In this document: piece after piece, positions 29,744 to 39,500 of the stretch
Layout: each line of letters starts with the position of its first letter
How positions within the stretch are numbered: position 1 is the first letter of the stretch
Origin: Candidatus Krumholzibacteriota bacterium
GTDB taxonomy: Bacteria; Krumholzibacteriota; Krumholzibacteriia; JAJRXK01
Assembly (NCBI GenBank): GCA_963806035.1
Contig: CAWDWO010000023.1
Span: 60,521-124,520, forward strand
DNA length: 64,000 nt
Direction of reading: 5' to 3'
Notes under the pieces: generated by a model
Databases searched by the model: none
The model's input: the letters and a program-made list of their open reading frames with translations, nothing else
What the model was told of the DNA's origin: nothing
Position numbers and translations under genes: made by a program

Positions 29744-30598
29744 TCAGCGCTCGTAGCTGTAGAAACCGCGGCCGCTCTTACGACCCAGATCGTTCGCGGC
29801 CACCATTTTCTTGAGCAAGGGGCAGGGGCGATACTTGGGATCTCCGAGTTCGCTGAACAACACGTTCATGATGTCCAGACAAACATCCAGGCCGATGAAA
29901 TCGGCGAGGGTCAAGGGTCCCATGGGATGGGCCATCCCGAGCTTCATGACTTCGTCGATGCCCTCCGCGGTGGCCACGCCTTCCATCAGGCAGTAGACCG
30001 CCTCGTTGATCATGGGCATGAGCACTCGGTTGCTCACGAAACCCGGATAGTCGTTGACCTCCACCGGGGTCTTTCCCAGATCGCGCGCGATCTCGACCAC
30101 TTTCTTGGTGGTCGCATCGGAGGTGTGATGCCCGCGGATGACCTCCACCAGCTTCATCATGGGAACCGGGTTGAAGAAGTGCATGCCGATGAAGCGCTCG
30201 GCCATTTTGGTGGCGGCGCCCAATTCCGTGATGGAAATCGAGGAAGTGTTGCTGGCAAGAATCGTCTCCTTCCCCAGAAGAGGAACCACTCGCTCGTAGA
30301 TGCCCAGCTTCACGTCCTTGCGCTCGAAGACCGCCTCGACCACCAGGCTACAGCCCTTGATCCGGCCGGTATCACAGGTGAAATCCAGACGCGAGAGTGC
30401 GGCATCGGCGGTATCCTGCGTGATCTTTTCCTTCTTCACCTGCCGTGCGAGGTTCTTCTCGATCGTGCCCTTGGCGCGGGCCAGCGCCGCATCGTCGACA
30501 TCCACCAAGACAGTCTCATGACCGTTCTGCGCGAAGACATGGGCAATCCCGTTTCCCATCGTTCCGCCGCCGATGACTGCGACTTTTTGGCTCATCAT
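29744..30598 (-). CDS. hbd: 3-hydroxybutyryl-CoA dehydrogenase
   Basis: [53 protein letters not shown]. Confidence 0.95.
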   Translation of the reverse strand: MMSQKVAVIGGGTMGNGIAHVFAQNGHETVLVDVDDAALARAKGTIEKNLARQVKKEKITQDTADAALSRLDFTCDTGRIKGCSLVVEAVFERKDVKLGIYERVVPLLGKETILASNTSSISITELGAATKMAERFIGMHFFNPVPMMKLVEVIRGHHTSDATTKKVVEIARDLGKTPVEVNDYPGFVSNRVLMPMINEAVYCLMEGVATAEGIDEVMKLGMAHPMGPLTLADFIGLDVCLDIMNVLFSELGDPKYRPCPLLKKMVAANDLGRKSGRGFYSYER

Positions 30599-30687
30599 TG
30601 CAATCACTCCTCGAACGAGAGATCAAATTTCCGAACTTCGAATGGTCGAAGGCCCGGTCAGCCGAGACCAGATGGCCTTCCCCTTTC

Positions 30688-31875
30688 TCAGCCGACACGC
30701 CGCACGCTGAGAGCCACCGCGTCGCCTCCACCCAGGCAGAGCGCGGCGAGCCCTCTTTCCACGTCGCGGTCGATCATCGCGTGCATGAGAGTCACCAGAA
30801 TGCGCGTGCCGCTGGCGCCGATCGGATGTCCCAGGGCCACCGCCCCACCATTCACGTTCACTTTGGCCGGATCCATCTCCAGCTCGCGCATGACGGCGAG
30901 CGCCTGCACGGAGAAGGCTTCGTTCAGCTCGATGAGAGGAAAATCTCCGATGCCACTCTTGGTCTTCGCCAAGAGATTTCTGACCGCTTTGACCGGCGCC
31001 ATCATGACCCATTCGGGCTCGAGTGCGCCGGTGGCGTACGCTTCGATCTCGAAGTAAGCCTTCGCGCCCAGGTCCTTGGCGAAGTCCTCGCTGGCCACGA
31101 TTACCGCGGCCGCGCCGTCGTTCACGCTCGGAGCATTGCCCGCGGTGACGGTGCCTCCGTCCCGCTTGAACGCGGGACGCAGCTTGGCCAGAGCCTCCAG
31201 AGTGGTCTCCCGGCGTGGGCCTTCGTCGGTGTCGATGAGCACGCTGCCCTTGCGCGTTTTCACCTCCACCGGCACGATTTCCTGCTTGAACTTGCCCGCA
31301 TCGATGGCGGCGAGAGCCTTCTGGTGGCTTTGCAGAGCGTACTGATCCTGTTCCTCACGGGCGATCTTGTACTTGTCGGCCACCAGCTCGGCGGTCATGC
31401 CCATGTGGAAGTCGTTGTAGATGTCCCACAGTCCGTCGTGCACCATGAGATCGATGAGTTCGCCGTTGCCCAGGCGGTAGCCGGTCCGCGCGCCGGGCAG
31501 AGCGTAGGGCGCGTTGCTCATGCTTTCCATGCCCCCCGCCACCACCAGGGAGGCATCCTGCGCTTTGATGAACTGAGCCGCGAGTGCGACCGCGCGCAAA
31601 CCGCTTCCGCAAACCTTGTTGATGGTCATGGCGCTGATGGTGTTGGGCAATCCGCTGTAGATGGTGGCCTGCCGCGCCGGATTCTGTCCCAAGCCCGCGG
31701 GAAGCACGCAACCCATCACCACTTCGTTCACTTTGTCGGCGGGGATTTTCGCGCGCTCCACCGCCGCTTTCACGGCAATGGCGCCCAGCTCAGTCGCTTT
31801 GACCGGGGCGAGGCCCCCTTGAAATTTTCCAACCGGAGTACGTGCGCCCGAGAGAATCACGGCTTTGGTCGACAT
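30688..31875 (-). CDS. Acetyl-CoA C-acetyltransferase (thiolase)
   Basis: [24 protein letters not shown]. Confidence 0.95.
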   Translation of the reverse strand: MSTKAVILSGARTPVGKFQGGLAPVKATELGAIAVKAAVERAKIPADKVNEVVMGCVLPAGLGQNPARQATIYSGLPNTISAMTINKVCGSGLRAVALAAQFIKAQDASLVVAGGMESMSNAPYALPGARTGYRLGNGELIDLMVHDGLWDIYNDFHMGMTAELVADKYKIAREEQDQYALQSHQKALAAIDAGKFKQEIVPVEVKTRKGSVLIDTDEGPRRETTLEALAKLRPAFKRDGGTVTAGNAPSVNDGAAAVIVASEDFAKDLGAKAYFEIEAYATGALEPEWVMMAPVKAVRNLLAKTKSGIGDFPLIELNEAFSVQALAVMRELEMDPAKVNVNGGAVALGHPIGASGTRILVTLMHAMIDRDVERGLAALCLGGGDAVALSVRRVG

Positions 31876-31910
31876 GAGTTTTCCCTTTCATCGTGCAAAC
31901 GCTGTAGTGG

Positions 31911-33047
31911 TCAGGAGAGGATCTTGCGGCTGATGACGAGGCGCTGGATCTCGCTGGTTCCCTCGCCGATCGTGCACAGTTTCGCATCACGGTACATGCG
32001 CTCCACCGGATAGTCGCGGCAGTAGCCGTAACCGCCCATGACCTGGATCGCATTGTTCGTCACCCTCATCGCCATCTCGCTCGCGTAAAGCTTGCACATG
32101 GCGCTTTCGAGAGTGTAGTCCTCGCCTCGGTCCTTCTTCTGCGCGGTGTCGTAGATCATCAACCGCGCGGCTTCGATCTCCGTCCGCGCGTCGGCCAGCA
32201 TCCACTGGATGGCCTGAAACGCGCTGATGGGTTTGCCGAACGCCTTGCGTTCTTTGGAATAGTTCAGTGCGTACTCGTAGGCGCCCTCGGCGATTCCCAA
32301 TGCGAGCGCTCCGATGGAAATGCGCCCGCCATCCAGAATCTTCATGAACGAGGGGAAGCCCTGCCCGAGCTCGCCCAGCAAGTTGTCGCGCGGAATCCTC
32401 ACGTCTTGCAGAGTGAGGGTCGCGGTGTCGCTGGCGCGCATCCCCAGCTTGTGTTCTTTGGAACCGACCTCGAATCCCTTGGTGCCGCGCTCGACCAGGA
32501 ATGCGCTGATTCCGCCATGGGTCCCTCTCTCACGGTCGGTCACCGCGGTGAGCACGTAGAGACCCGCGTAGGAGGCGTTGGTGATCCAGCACTTGTTTCC
32601 GTTGAGGACCCACTCGTCGCCGTCGAGCTGTGCGTAGGTCTTCGTGCCACCCGCATCGCTGCCCGCGCCGGGTTCGGTGAGGCCGTAGCTGACCAGCATC
32701 TCGCCGCTGGCCGCCTTGCGTAGATACTTCTCCTTTTGCTCCTGGGTGCCGAAAGTCAACAACGGCCAGCAGCCCAGGGAGTTGTGCGCGGCCACGGTGA
32801 GTCCAGTGGATCCGCACACCTTGGCGATTTCTTCGACGATGATGGCATAGCTCACCGTGTCCAGACCCGCTCCCCCCCATTCCTCGGGAACGAAGCAGCC
32901 CAAAAATCCGATTTCTGCCAGCTTTTTGATCGTCTCTTCGGGGAAGCGCCCTTCCTCGTCGATTTCGTGCGCGATGGGAGCGAGTTGTTCTTGGGCGAAG
33001 CGGCGTGCCACGTCCCGGATCATGATCTGATTCTCTGTCAACTGCAT
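31911..33047 (-). CDS. Acyl-CoA dehydrogenase
   Basis: [40 protein letters not shown] 33047 behind GAGGTG. Confidence 0.94.
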   Translation of the reverse strand: MQLTENQIMIRDVARRFAQEQLAPIAHEIDEEGRFPEETIKKLAEIGFLGCFVPEEWGGAGLDTVSYAIIVEEIAKVCGSTGLTVAAHNSLGCWPLLTFGTQEQKEKYLRKAASGEMLVSYGLTEPGAGSDAGGTKTYAQLDGDEWVLNGNKCWITNASYAGLYVLTAVTDRERGTHGGISAFLVERGTKGFEVGSKEHKLGMRASDTATLTLQDVRIPRDNLLGELGQGFPSFMKILDGGRISIGALALGIAEGAYEYALNYSKERKAFGKPISAFQAIQWMLADARTEIEAARLMIYDTAQKKDRGEDYTLESAMCKLYASEMAMRVTNNAIQVMGGYGYCRDYPVERMYRDAKLCTIGEGTSEIQRLVISRKILS

Positions 33048-33170
33048 CGGCACCTCTACTTGGCTCAGCCGGACCCGTCCGCCCCCAAAGTGAAGAATCG
33101 GGCAACGGTACATCGCGTTGGGTTCAATTGGTTCTCGGGTGTGGAGCGTCGAAACTCCATACAGGAGAAT

Positions 33171-33224
33171 ACAATATCGTTTGATCGGGAAAATTGAAAG
33201 GTCGAGCGTCCGAACATTAGTTCG
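33171..33224 (-). promoter_or_regulatory. Candidate promoter (TTTCAA-N17-TATTGT) with upstream palindrome CGAAC-N4-GTTCG
   Basis: AT-rich intergenic stretch ahead of the acyl-CoA dehydrogenase operon; palindrome cgaacattagttcg at 33211-33224. Confidence 0.4.
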
Positions 33225-33264
33225 AAACTTCAGAGATCAAGCCGCGACAAAGCTTTGAGCTGGA

Positions 33265-34203
33265 TTAGTGCTTCCCACGAATCCACTTCGCCAGGCGCGC
33301 CGCGGCAGACTCGGGGTCGGTGCGCAGGCGGGCCACGTCTTCTGCCAGCTCGTCGAGGGTGCGGCTGAGGTCGGCGTCCTGCCACAGCGAGGCGAGCAGG
33401 CGCTCCTCGGTGAGCAAGCGGAGTTGGGCGCGCAGCCCGCTGCGGCGCCTGAGCTCGTACCCCCCACCCTGCCGGAGCGCATCGGCATGAGCGAGCAGGG
33501 CGCAGCTCAGCTCGCTCAGGCCCATCCCGTGGTTGGCCTGCGTGAGCACCAGGGGACGACCATTGCCGCTGGTTTGTAGCCTCTCCTGCAGACGAGCGGC
33601 GGCCGCCTGGGCGTTTTCGCGCTCGCAGTGATTGAGCACCACGATGTCCGCGCCCTCGATCCAGGGTCCGCTCAAAATCAGTTCCAGGGTGGCGGGTTCG
33701 GGCGAGAGCACCAGCACGATGGTGTGGCTGCGGCGGATGAGTTCGACCTCGTTGGGGCCCAGCCCGGGCGCTTCCAGCAGGATGGGGTCGCAGCCCAGGG
33801 CCTCCATGGCGTCCGCCACCAGACCCGCCGCGAGGTTCCGCTCCCGGGGTTCCAGTTCGGCGGGCAGGGCGTGGAGCAGAGTCCCCTCCTCCTGAGCGAG
33901 TTCCAGGAGTTTCAGACCCTCACCCAGATTCACGTCCTGCGCGGCGGGAGAGCTCGTCACCAGACCGACGGTGTTGCCCTCATCCCGCCAGAGGCGTGAA
34001 AGTCCTTCCAGAAGAGTGCTCTTGCCCACTCCCATCGGCCCGGCGAAGCCCACGCGGTGCGCGTGGCCGGTGAGTGGATGCACCATTTCCACCAGGGCCT
34101 GACGTTCGGGACCGCTCGCGTGCAGCGAACTGAAGAGCGAACTCGTCGCCTCCAGATCTCCCCCGCGAGCGCGGCTCCACAGTTCTTTCAAGTCTCGGCG
34201 CAT
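33265..34203 (-). CDS. Divergent MeaB/ArgK-family P-loop protein
   Basis: AHRVGFAGPMGVGKSTL and overall MeaB layout, including the helical C-terminus (DPESAA); other G motifs altered. Start may be 34215 or 34203. Confidence 0.7.
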   Translation of the reverse strand: MRRDLKELWSRARGGDLEATSSLFSSLHASGPERQALVEMVHPLTGHAHRVGFAGPMGVGKSTLLEGLSRLWRDEGNTVGLVTSSPAAQDVNLGEGLKLLELAQEEGTLLHALPAELEPRERNLAAGLVADAMEALGCDPILLEAPGLGPNEVELIRRSHTIVLVLSPEPATLELILSGPWIEGADIVVLNHCERENAQAAAARLQERLQTSGNGRPLVLTQANHGMGLSELSCALLAHADALRQGGGYELRRRSGLRAQLRLLTEERLLASLWQDADLSRTLDELAEDVARLRTDPESAAARLAKWIRGKH

Positions 34204-34247
34204 GGGCGGGAGCATAGACCAAGGAGAGCGCCTTGCCCAGCGGATTT

Positions 34248-34283
34248 GGGTCGCGCGCGCGGCCCGCCCCGCGCGCGCAACCC
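34248..34283 (-). terminator. Strong 15-bp GC hairpin downstream of the lamin-tail gene (no U-tract)
   Basis: Minus strand GGGTTGCGCGCGCGG-ggcggg-CCGCGCGCGCGACCC, fully paired with one G.U. Confidence 0.5.
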
Positions 34284-34293
34284 TTCACTCGGT

Positions 34294-34947
34294 TCAGCGG
34301 GTCAGGCCGTGAAAGGCCTTGATCCTGCCGAAGCTGAGCTCCTTGACCGGCACCACGTCACAGGAGTTGGGAATCCCGGGCGAAGGTTCGCAACCGGTCC
34401 CCACGGGAAGGAGCTCGCCGGAGTAGGGATTCAGCGAGTCGAAGAGCACCCAGTCCAGAGAATCCGGCAGACGACCCATCGCGCGGTCGCTAGCCCCCGC
34501 GTGGGCCGGAATCGGCACGAAGTCGACCACCTGGAGTACCCTCGGGTCCGGGATGTCGCGCCACAGCTCCAACATCTCGTCCCCGTTGTTGATGCTCAGG
34601 CCGCTGCTGCCCGCATCGTTGGCGGCCTGCCAGGCGACTGCATCGCTGCCGTACACCACCATGGTCTCACCGGGAGCCAAGCTGCCCGAAAAGCCATAGT
34701 GGTATGCGTCCCCGGTGGCGTCCTTCAGGTAGAGGCCGGTGAGATCCACCGTCAGGTTGCCGGTGTTGAGGATCTCCACCCACTCGTCGTTCTTGTAATC
34801 CACCTCGCCATCGCCGTTCCAGTCACGCGCGGGAGCGGCGAGCAACTCGTTCAGGACGATCGCGGCCGACGAACGGCCGGACCAAAAGAGAACGGTGAGA
34901 ATCGCCAGCAGTAGAATGAGGGGCTTGGGCCAAAGAGAAATTCTCAT
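34294..34947 (-). CDS. Secreted lamin-tail-domain (LTD) protein with short C-terminal motif
   Basis: Signal peptide; IVLNELLA.P..DWNGDG...DEWVEILN.G...VDLTG..L.D, LAPGE, SINNGDE, PSPG.PN; ends VVPVKELSFGRIKAFHGLTR. Confidence 0.8.
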   Translation of the reverse strand: MRISLWPKPLILLLAILTVLFWSGRSSAAIVLNELLAAPARDWNGDGEVDYKNDEWVEILNTGNLTVDLTGLYLKDATGDAYHYGFSGSLAPGETMVVYGSDAVAWQAANDAGSSGLSINNGDEMLELWRDIPDPRVLQVVDFVPIPAHAGASDRAMGRLPDSLDWVLFDSLNPYSGELLPVGTGCEPSPGIPNSCDVVPVKELSFGRIKAFHGLTR

Positions 34948-35057
34948 GCTTACCTCCATCGAGAAACGGGAGGCGACGAAAGGTGCAATGGCGGGAGGAG
35001 CGAGATCGCGGGAAGCGGCGGCGAGGAACCGGAGGGGAGAGCACGCGAGAGGATGGC

Positions 35058-35090
35058 AAAAAAATCCTCCCGTGAAGGTCTCGCGGGAGG
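35058..35090 (-). terminator. Rho-independent terminator
   Basis: Minus strand CCTCCCGCGA-gacct-TCACGGGAGG followed by A and T7, about 40 nt after the 35128 stop. Confidence 0.7.
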
Positions 35091-35127
35091 CAATGGGATG
35101 ATAACCGATCTCTGCGTGAAATCAAGC

Positions 35128-35610
35128 TCAGAAGCTCAGCGAGACGAGCGTAACTCGATACTTCATCGAACTGCCCCCTTGAATCCCGAGATCGTAGCCA
35201 TTCTCTCGATTGATGGTCTGCGCCCGCAGATAGGCGTCGACGGTGGCCCAGGCGACCGAACCGGCGTAGCAGAACCAGCCGAAGCTCTGTTCCAAGTTGT
35301 GGCGTTCGTTGTCGCGCGAGAGAATGCCTGGCTTGATGATTTCGGTGCCCAGGAGCAAACCCACCACCGCGACCGAGCCGAGGATCCAGCCCTTGGTCGG
35401 CTCTCCGTTGTAGTGTTGCCCCCAACCCGGCACCACGATGCTCCGCAGCGCCGCGCCCTCCGGGCTTCGATAGGCCTCGTGGTACTCTTGAGACCCTGGA
35501 GAGACTGTATCTTGCCGCTCCGGTTCGTTGCCGGCAGTTTGCGCGCGCGCGGTCGCCGCGGACGAAGTCCAGGCGAACAAAAGAAAGAAAATCAGCAGGA
35601 AACGCATCAT
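35128..35610 (-). CDS. Hypothetical exported/membrane protein (DUF5683-like)
   Basis: Signal peptide; SP..AALRS.VVPGWGQ.YNG...KG and W..VDAY motifs. Confidence 0.65.
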   Translation of the reverse strand: MMRFLLIFFLLFAWTSSAATARAQTAGNEPERQDTVSPGSQEYHEAYRSPEGAALRSIVVPGWGQHYNGEPTKGWILGSVAVVGLLLGTEIIKPGILSRDNERHNLEQSFGWFCYAGSVAWATVDAYLRAQTINRENGYDLGIQGGSSMKYRVTLVSLSF

Positions 35611-37250
35611 CGGGACTCCAGTGCCTTCCTTTGTTCCTTGACCGCGGGATCATCCGGAGCGAGCGCCTCCGCTTCACTGAGAACCTTCTCCGCGGCGGGA
35701 TAGTCCTTCAACTCGATGAGTGTCTGGCACAGGTTGAGTCGCGTCGCAACGAGGCTCTCATCCAACGAAATGGCTTTCTCGAGCTCGCTTCGTGCCCGTT
35801 GCAGATCCTGGCGACGGAGCAACACCTCCCCCAGCTCGCTGTGAATGTCGGCGCCATCGTACCCTCTCTGGAGAGCCATCTCGTAGAGTTTCTGCGCGAC
35901 GCGCAGATCGTTCTGCTCCTGCTTGGTATGGGCGAGCAGGAAGAGCACGCGTCCGTCGGGGTTAGAGGTGCCGGTAAGTCTCAGCAGATCCTCCTCTGCC
36001 GCAGACAAGTCGCCCAGACGGAGTGAAATCCAGGCCCGTCGCTCGAGGATGACCTTGGGGCGATAGTGTTGTGCCAAAGCTGCGTCGTACTCTTCTCGGG
36101 CTTCGCGTGCAGTTCTTCTGAGTTCGTCGCCTTGTAGTTTGTCCAAGCGTGAGCGCAAAAGCTCGGCCAGGTTGAAGTGGGTGGGCGCGTAGTTCGGGTT
36201 CAACGAGATCGCGCGGCGTAACACCTGCTCCGCGCGCTCATCCTTGCCGTCGCGCCGCAATGCCACCGCCAGGTTGTTACGAGCTTCCATCAGTTCGGGC
36301 ATCAAGCGTACCGCGTGCTCGAAATGGGAGACGGCCTCCTCCGGCTGATTCTGCAGCAGACTCAAACGGCCGCGATCGTTTTCCAGAATCCCGCTGCGCA
36401 GGCCGTATTCATAAGCCTCGGAGAACGCGCGGTCCGCCTTTTTCAGATCGCCCACGTCCATCTCCAGGACCCCACGCACCGCCTGCGCCTGGGCGTAATA
36501 GGGGGTTCCAAACTCGAACTGCGATAACGCAGTTCGCGCCTCGTCGTAGCGCTTCAGATCCGTGAGGCACCGGGCTCTGAGCAGGCGAGCGTCCAGATTG
36601 CCGCCCTTCAGAGCCAGGCTGTTCTGCACCGACTCCAGTGCCCTGTCCTTCTCTCCCAAATTGTAGGAGGCGAGAGCATCCAGATAGTAGAAGTCCGCCG
36701 CGACCTGCGTCTGCTGGCCCTTTCCGGCGGCGAAACGCAGGCTCCGCTCCACTCCCTGAAGGAGATAACGGCTGGTGGTGTAGTTTCCCATCTGGATTTC
36801 GATTTCCGCGTAATGAAGCCAGATTTCCGGATAGTAAGGACACAGGCCCACGCCGGTGGCGTAGTCGTTGAGCGCCACCCTGTTCACCCCCAGAGCCAGT
36901 GCCTTCTCGAGGTGTTTTCCCGCGCTCCGCCTGCGATCGCGCTGATCCTCCTCCCCGAGCTGACGAAATTCGGCAAAGCCGAGGCTGTCTCGGCGGTCCT
37001 GGTATTTCCCTCCGGAGAGTCGTGGGAGTTTGTCCTCCGGTTGATTCCACCAGTAATCCGCCGGCGGCCGTGGTTCCAGAAGGGACTCGAGCTTCTGCTT
37101 ACTCAGCTCGGGGGAAGTCGATTCTCCGGCCGGCCAAGCCGGACCGGACGCGACTTGACTGGCGCATGCGCTCAAAAGCAGACACAAGGCGAAGAAAGGA
37201 AGCATCAGCTTCAGGCTACGCCGGTGAGTCGTTGAATCGGGCGGGCTCAT
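35607..37250 (-). CDS. TPR-repeat lipoprotein
   Basis: Lipobox LLSAC; repeated TPR helices (e.g. EARNNLAVAL, AISLNPNYAPTHFNLA). Confidence 0.85.
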   Translation of the reverse strand: MSPPDSTTHRRSLKLMLPFFALCLLLSACASQVASGPAWPAGESTSPELSKQKLESLLEPRPPADYWWNQPEDKLPRLSGGKYQDRRDSLGFAEFRQLGEEDQRDRRRSAGKHLEKALALGVNRVALNDYATGVGLCPYYPEIWLHYAEIEIQMGNYTTSRYLLQGVERSLRFAAGKGQQTQVAADFYYLDALASYNLGEKDRALESVQNSLALKGGNLDARLLRARCLTDLKRYDEARTALSQFEFGTPYYAQAQAVRGVLEMDVGDLKKADRAFSEAYEYGLRSGILENDRGRLSLLQNQPEEAVSHFEHAVRLMPELMEARNNLAVALRRDGKDERAEQVLRRAISLNPNYAPTHFNLAELLRSRLDKLQGDELRRTAREAREEYDAALAQHYRPKVILERRAWISLRLGDLSAAEEDLLRLTGTSNPDGRVLFLLAHTKQEQNDLRVAQKLYEMALQRGYDGADIHSELGEVLLRRQDLQRARSELEKAISLDESLVATRLNLCQTLIELKDYPAAEKVLSEAEALAPDDPAVKEQRKALESR

Positions 37251-37304
37251 TGCTTATCCTCAGCGGGCGCTCGGCACGAGAGTGGGCACGAACTTAGGAA
37301 GCCT

Positions 37305-39482
37305 ATGACGAGATTCTCGGACTACGCATCGAAGACGGGGCTCGTTGCACTGGTGACCATGGTCACCCTGACATTTTCGCCCCAATTCCTCCATGCCGCA
37401 AAGTACGAATCCAATCCGGCGAGTTCCAGCTCGCAGGACCTCAGCGACTCCGAACGGGCCTTCAGCCTGCTGGACAAGCCCTCCTGTTGCCTCGATCTGC
37501 CCGGCCCGCCGCTGGCCTTTGGCAAACGTGACCGGGCCACCCCGCTGCAGCGAGACGATCGCCCCATGGACGTCACGCGCTACGAGATTTCGCTTCAGGT
37601 GAGCGATAAGGTCGATTCTCTCTACGGACTGGTGAAGATACACCTGAAGGCCCTGGCTCCCTTGGACCAGATCGATCTCGATCTTCTCTCCGAGGGAATC
37701 CAGGTGGAGGACACCGAGGTCGAGGGTATTCCGGCCAACTTCACGCACGACAACGAGACCCTCAGCGTGCCACTCGCTTCAACCCTGGCGGTGGGCGACT
37801 CCACTACCATCACCGTGCACTATCGCGGTCAGCCCGTGTCCTTCGGTCTCATGGGATTCGAACTCGCTCAGTTCAATCGTGGCACCTTCGAAGGCAAGCC
37901 AATCATCCAAACCCTGAGCGAACCGAAGTCCGCGCGTTCTTGGTGGCCCTGTCACGACACGCCCTATGATGCAGCCACCTTCTCCATCCACATCACCTGC
38001 CCCGATTCTTTGACGGTGGTGGTTCCGGGAACGGACCGCTCACGCATCGTGGAAACGCCGCTTGCGGCAGGATGGAAACGAACCGACGTGGAGATGAGCA
38101 CCCCGATCCCGGCCTATCTTTTTTCGCTCGCCATCTCCGATTACGACTTCTACAGCGATACGGCTCAAGTCACCGACTACGAGACGGGTCAGCCAATCGA
38201 TATGCCGGTGGAGTACTACATCGCCAAACCGGAGATCCCTGGCGCGGTGGATTGGTTGGGAGAATCGAAATTCGCCTGGGGGATGACCCCCGAGCTGGTG
38301 GAGTACTTCGATTCGATCTTTGGCCCCTACCCTTTCGCCAAGCAACGCTACGGAATGGCCATGTTCAAGTGGGGCGGCGGCATGGAACACGCCACCTGTT
38401 CCAGCATGAGTCAGAACTACGTGACTACCGCTCTCAACGGGATCACCGGGGGGCCGCTCTGGGAATGGGTGGTGGCTCACGAGCTGGCGCACCAGTGGTT
38501 CGGAGATTGCGTTCACCTCGCGCGCTGGGGAGAGATCTGGCTGAACGAGGGATTCGCCTCCTATTGCGAGGTTCTCTGGATGGAACATCGCTATGGCATG
38601 GCGATCGGCCGCAAGTTCCGGCAACTGCGATTCTACGATTACATGGATTCTTTCAACCATTCCATGGTCGATCCGCCCGTCGACGAACTCTTTGGTCTCG
38701 TCAGCTACAAGAAGGGCGCGATGGTCCTGCACATGTTGCGCGAGGTCTTCGAAGAGCGCTTTCCCGGGATGGGAAGAGAGAAACTCCTGCAGACGATGAG
38801 GGAGTACGTCACCGATCCCTCCCTGCGGTTCTCCCCCGTCACGAGTAGCGACTTCCAGGCTCACGCCGAAACGGTCTACGGGGGTTCCCTGGACTGGTTC
38901 TTCCAGCCCTGGTTGCATTGGGCCGATGTGTGTCATCTCCAGACACGCTGGCTACCCCAGGGAAACGACCTTCTTTTGACTCTGTCTCAGGACCCCGCCA
39001 ACTCCTTTCGTCTGCCCGTTCCGGTGCGGGTCTACACCGCGGAGGGTGACAGCAGCGACTACTGGGTGTGGACGGATGACCCCACCGTGAACACGACCCT
39101 CTCCGTCGGCGGCGAAGTGGCCGCGGTCAAAGTCGATCCTGACGAGGATTTCCTCATCTATCGGGATACTGCGCCTGTCTCCGCTACTGCCGGGGGTATC
39201 TCCTTCGAGGCGGGTTATCCCAATCCCTACCTGGCCTCCTCCGGTGCACTCTTCAAGGTGCCCGCCTTCGCGCAGCGGGATGCTTCCATGAGCGTGACGG
39301 TGTACGACGTCTCCGGGCGCAGGCTCAGAGTTCTGCGCTCGGGCATGGTGGCGCCGGGGCCGGTCACTCTCAGCTGGGATGGACGGGACGGCGACGGGAG
39401 GCCGGTATCGAGTGGACTTTATTTCCTGCGCATCAAGACCGAGGCCGGCTCCAAGAGCCAGCGCGTGATCCTCGTGCGCTGA
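37305..39482 (+). CDS. Secreted M1-family aminopeptidase with C-terminal FlgD-Ig/T9SS-CTD-like domain
   Basis: Signal peptide; AR.WWPC.D.P, GGMEH, HELAHQWFG...WLNEGFASY, YKKGA; C-terminus YPNP...VYDVSGR...WDGRD..GRPVSSGLYF. Confidence 0.92.
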   Translation: MTRFSDYASKTGLVALVTMVTLTFSPQFLHAAKYESNPASSSSQDLSDSERAFSLLDKPSCCLDLPGPPLAFGKRDRATPLQRDDRPMDVTRYEISLQVSDKVDSLYGLVKIHLKALAPLDQIDLDLLSEGIQVEDTEVEGIPANFTHDNETLSVPLASTLAVGDSTTITVHYRGQPVSFGLMGFELAQFNRGTFEGKPIIQTLSEPKSARSWWPCHDTPYDAATFSIHITCPDSLTVVVPGTDRSRIVETPLAAGWKRTDVEMSTPIPAYLFSLAISDYDFYSDTAQVTDYETGQPIDMPVEYYIAKPEIPGAVDWLGESKFAWGMTPELVEYFDSIFGPYPFAKQRYGMAMFKWGGGMEHATCSSMSQNYVTTALNGITGGPLWEWVVAHELAHQWFGDCVHLARWGEIWLNEGFASYCEVLWMEHRYGMAIGRKFRQLRFYDYMDSFNHSMVDPPVDELFGLVSYKKGAMVLHMLREVFEERFPGMGREKLLQTMREYVTDPSLRFSPVTSSDFQAHAETVYGGSLDWFFQPWLHWADVCHLQTRWLPQGNDLLLTLSQDPANSFRLPVPVRVYTAEGDSSDYWVWTDDPTVNTTLSVGGEVAAVKVDPDEDFLIYRDTAPVSATAGGISFEAGYPNPYLASSGALFKVPAFAQRDASMSVTVYDVSGRRLRVLRSGMVAPGPVTLSWDGRDGDGRPVSSGLYFLRIKTEAGSKSQRVILVR

Positions 39483-39500
39483 GCTCGAGCCACGATCGGC

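Noticed and set aside
30648..30680. Imperfect hairpin GAAGGCC...GGCCTTC between the thiolase and hbd genes
   Set aside because: No U-tract and intra-operonic; at most an ordinary mRNA stability element.
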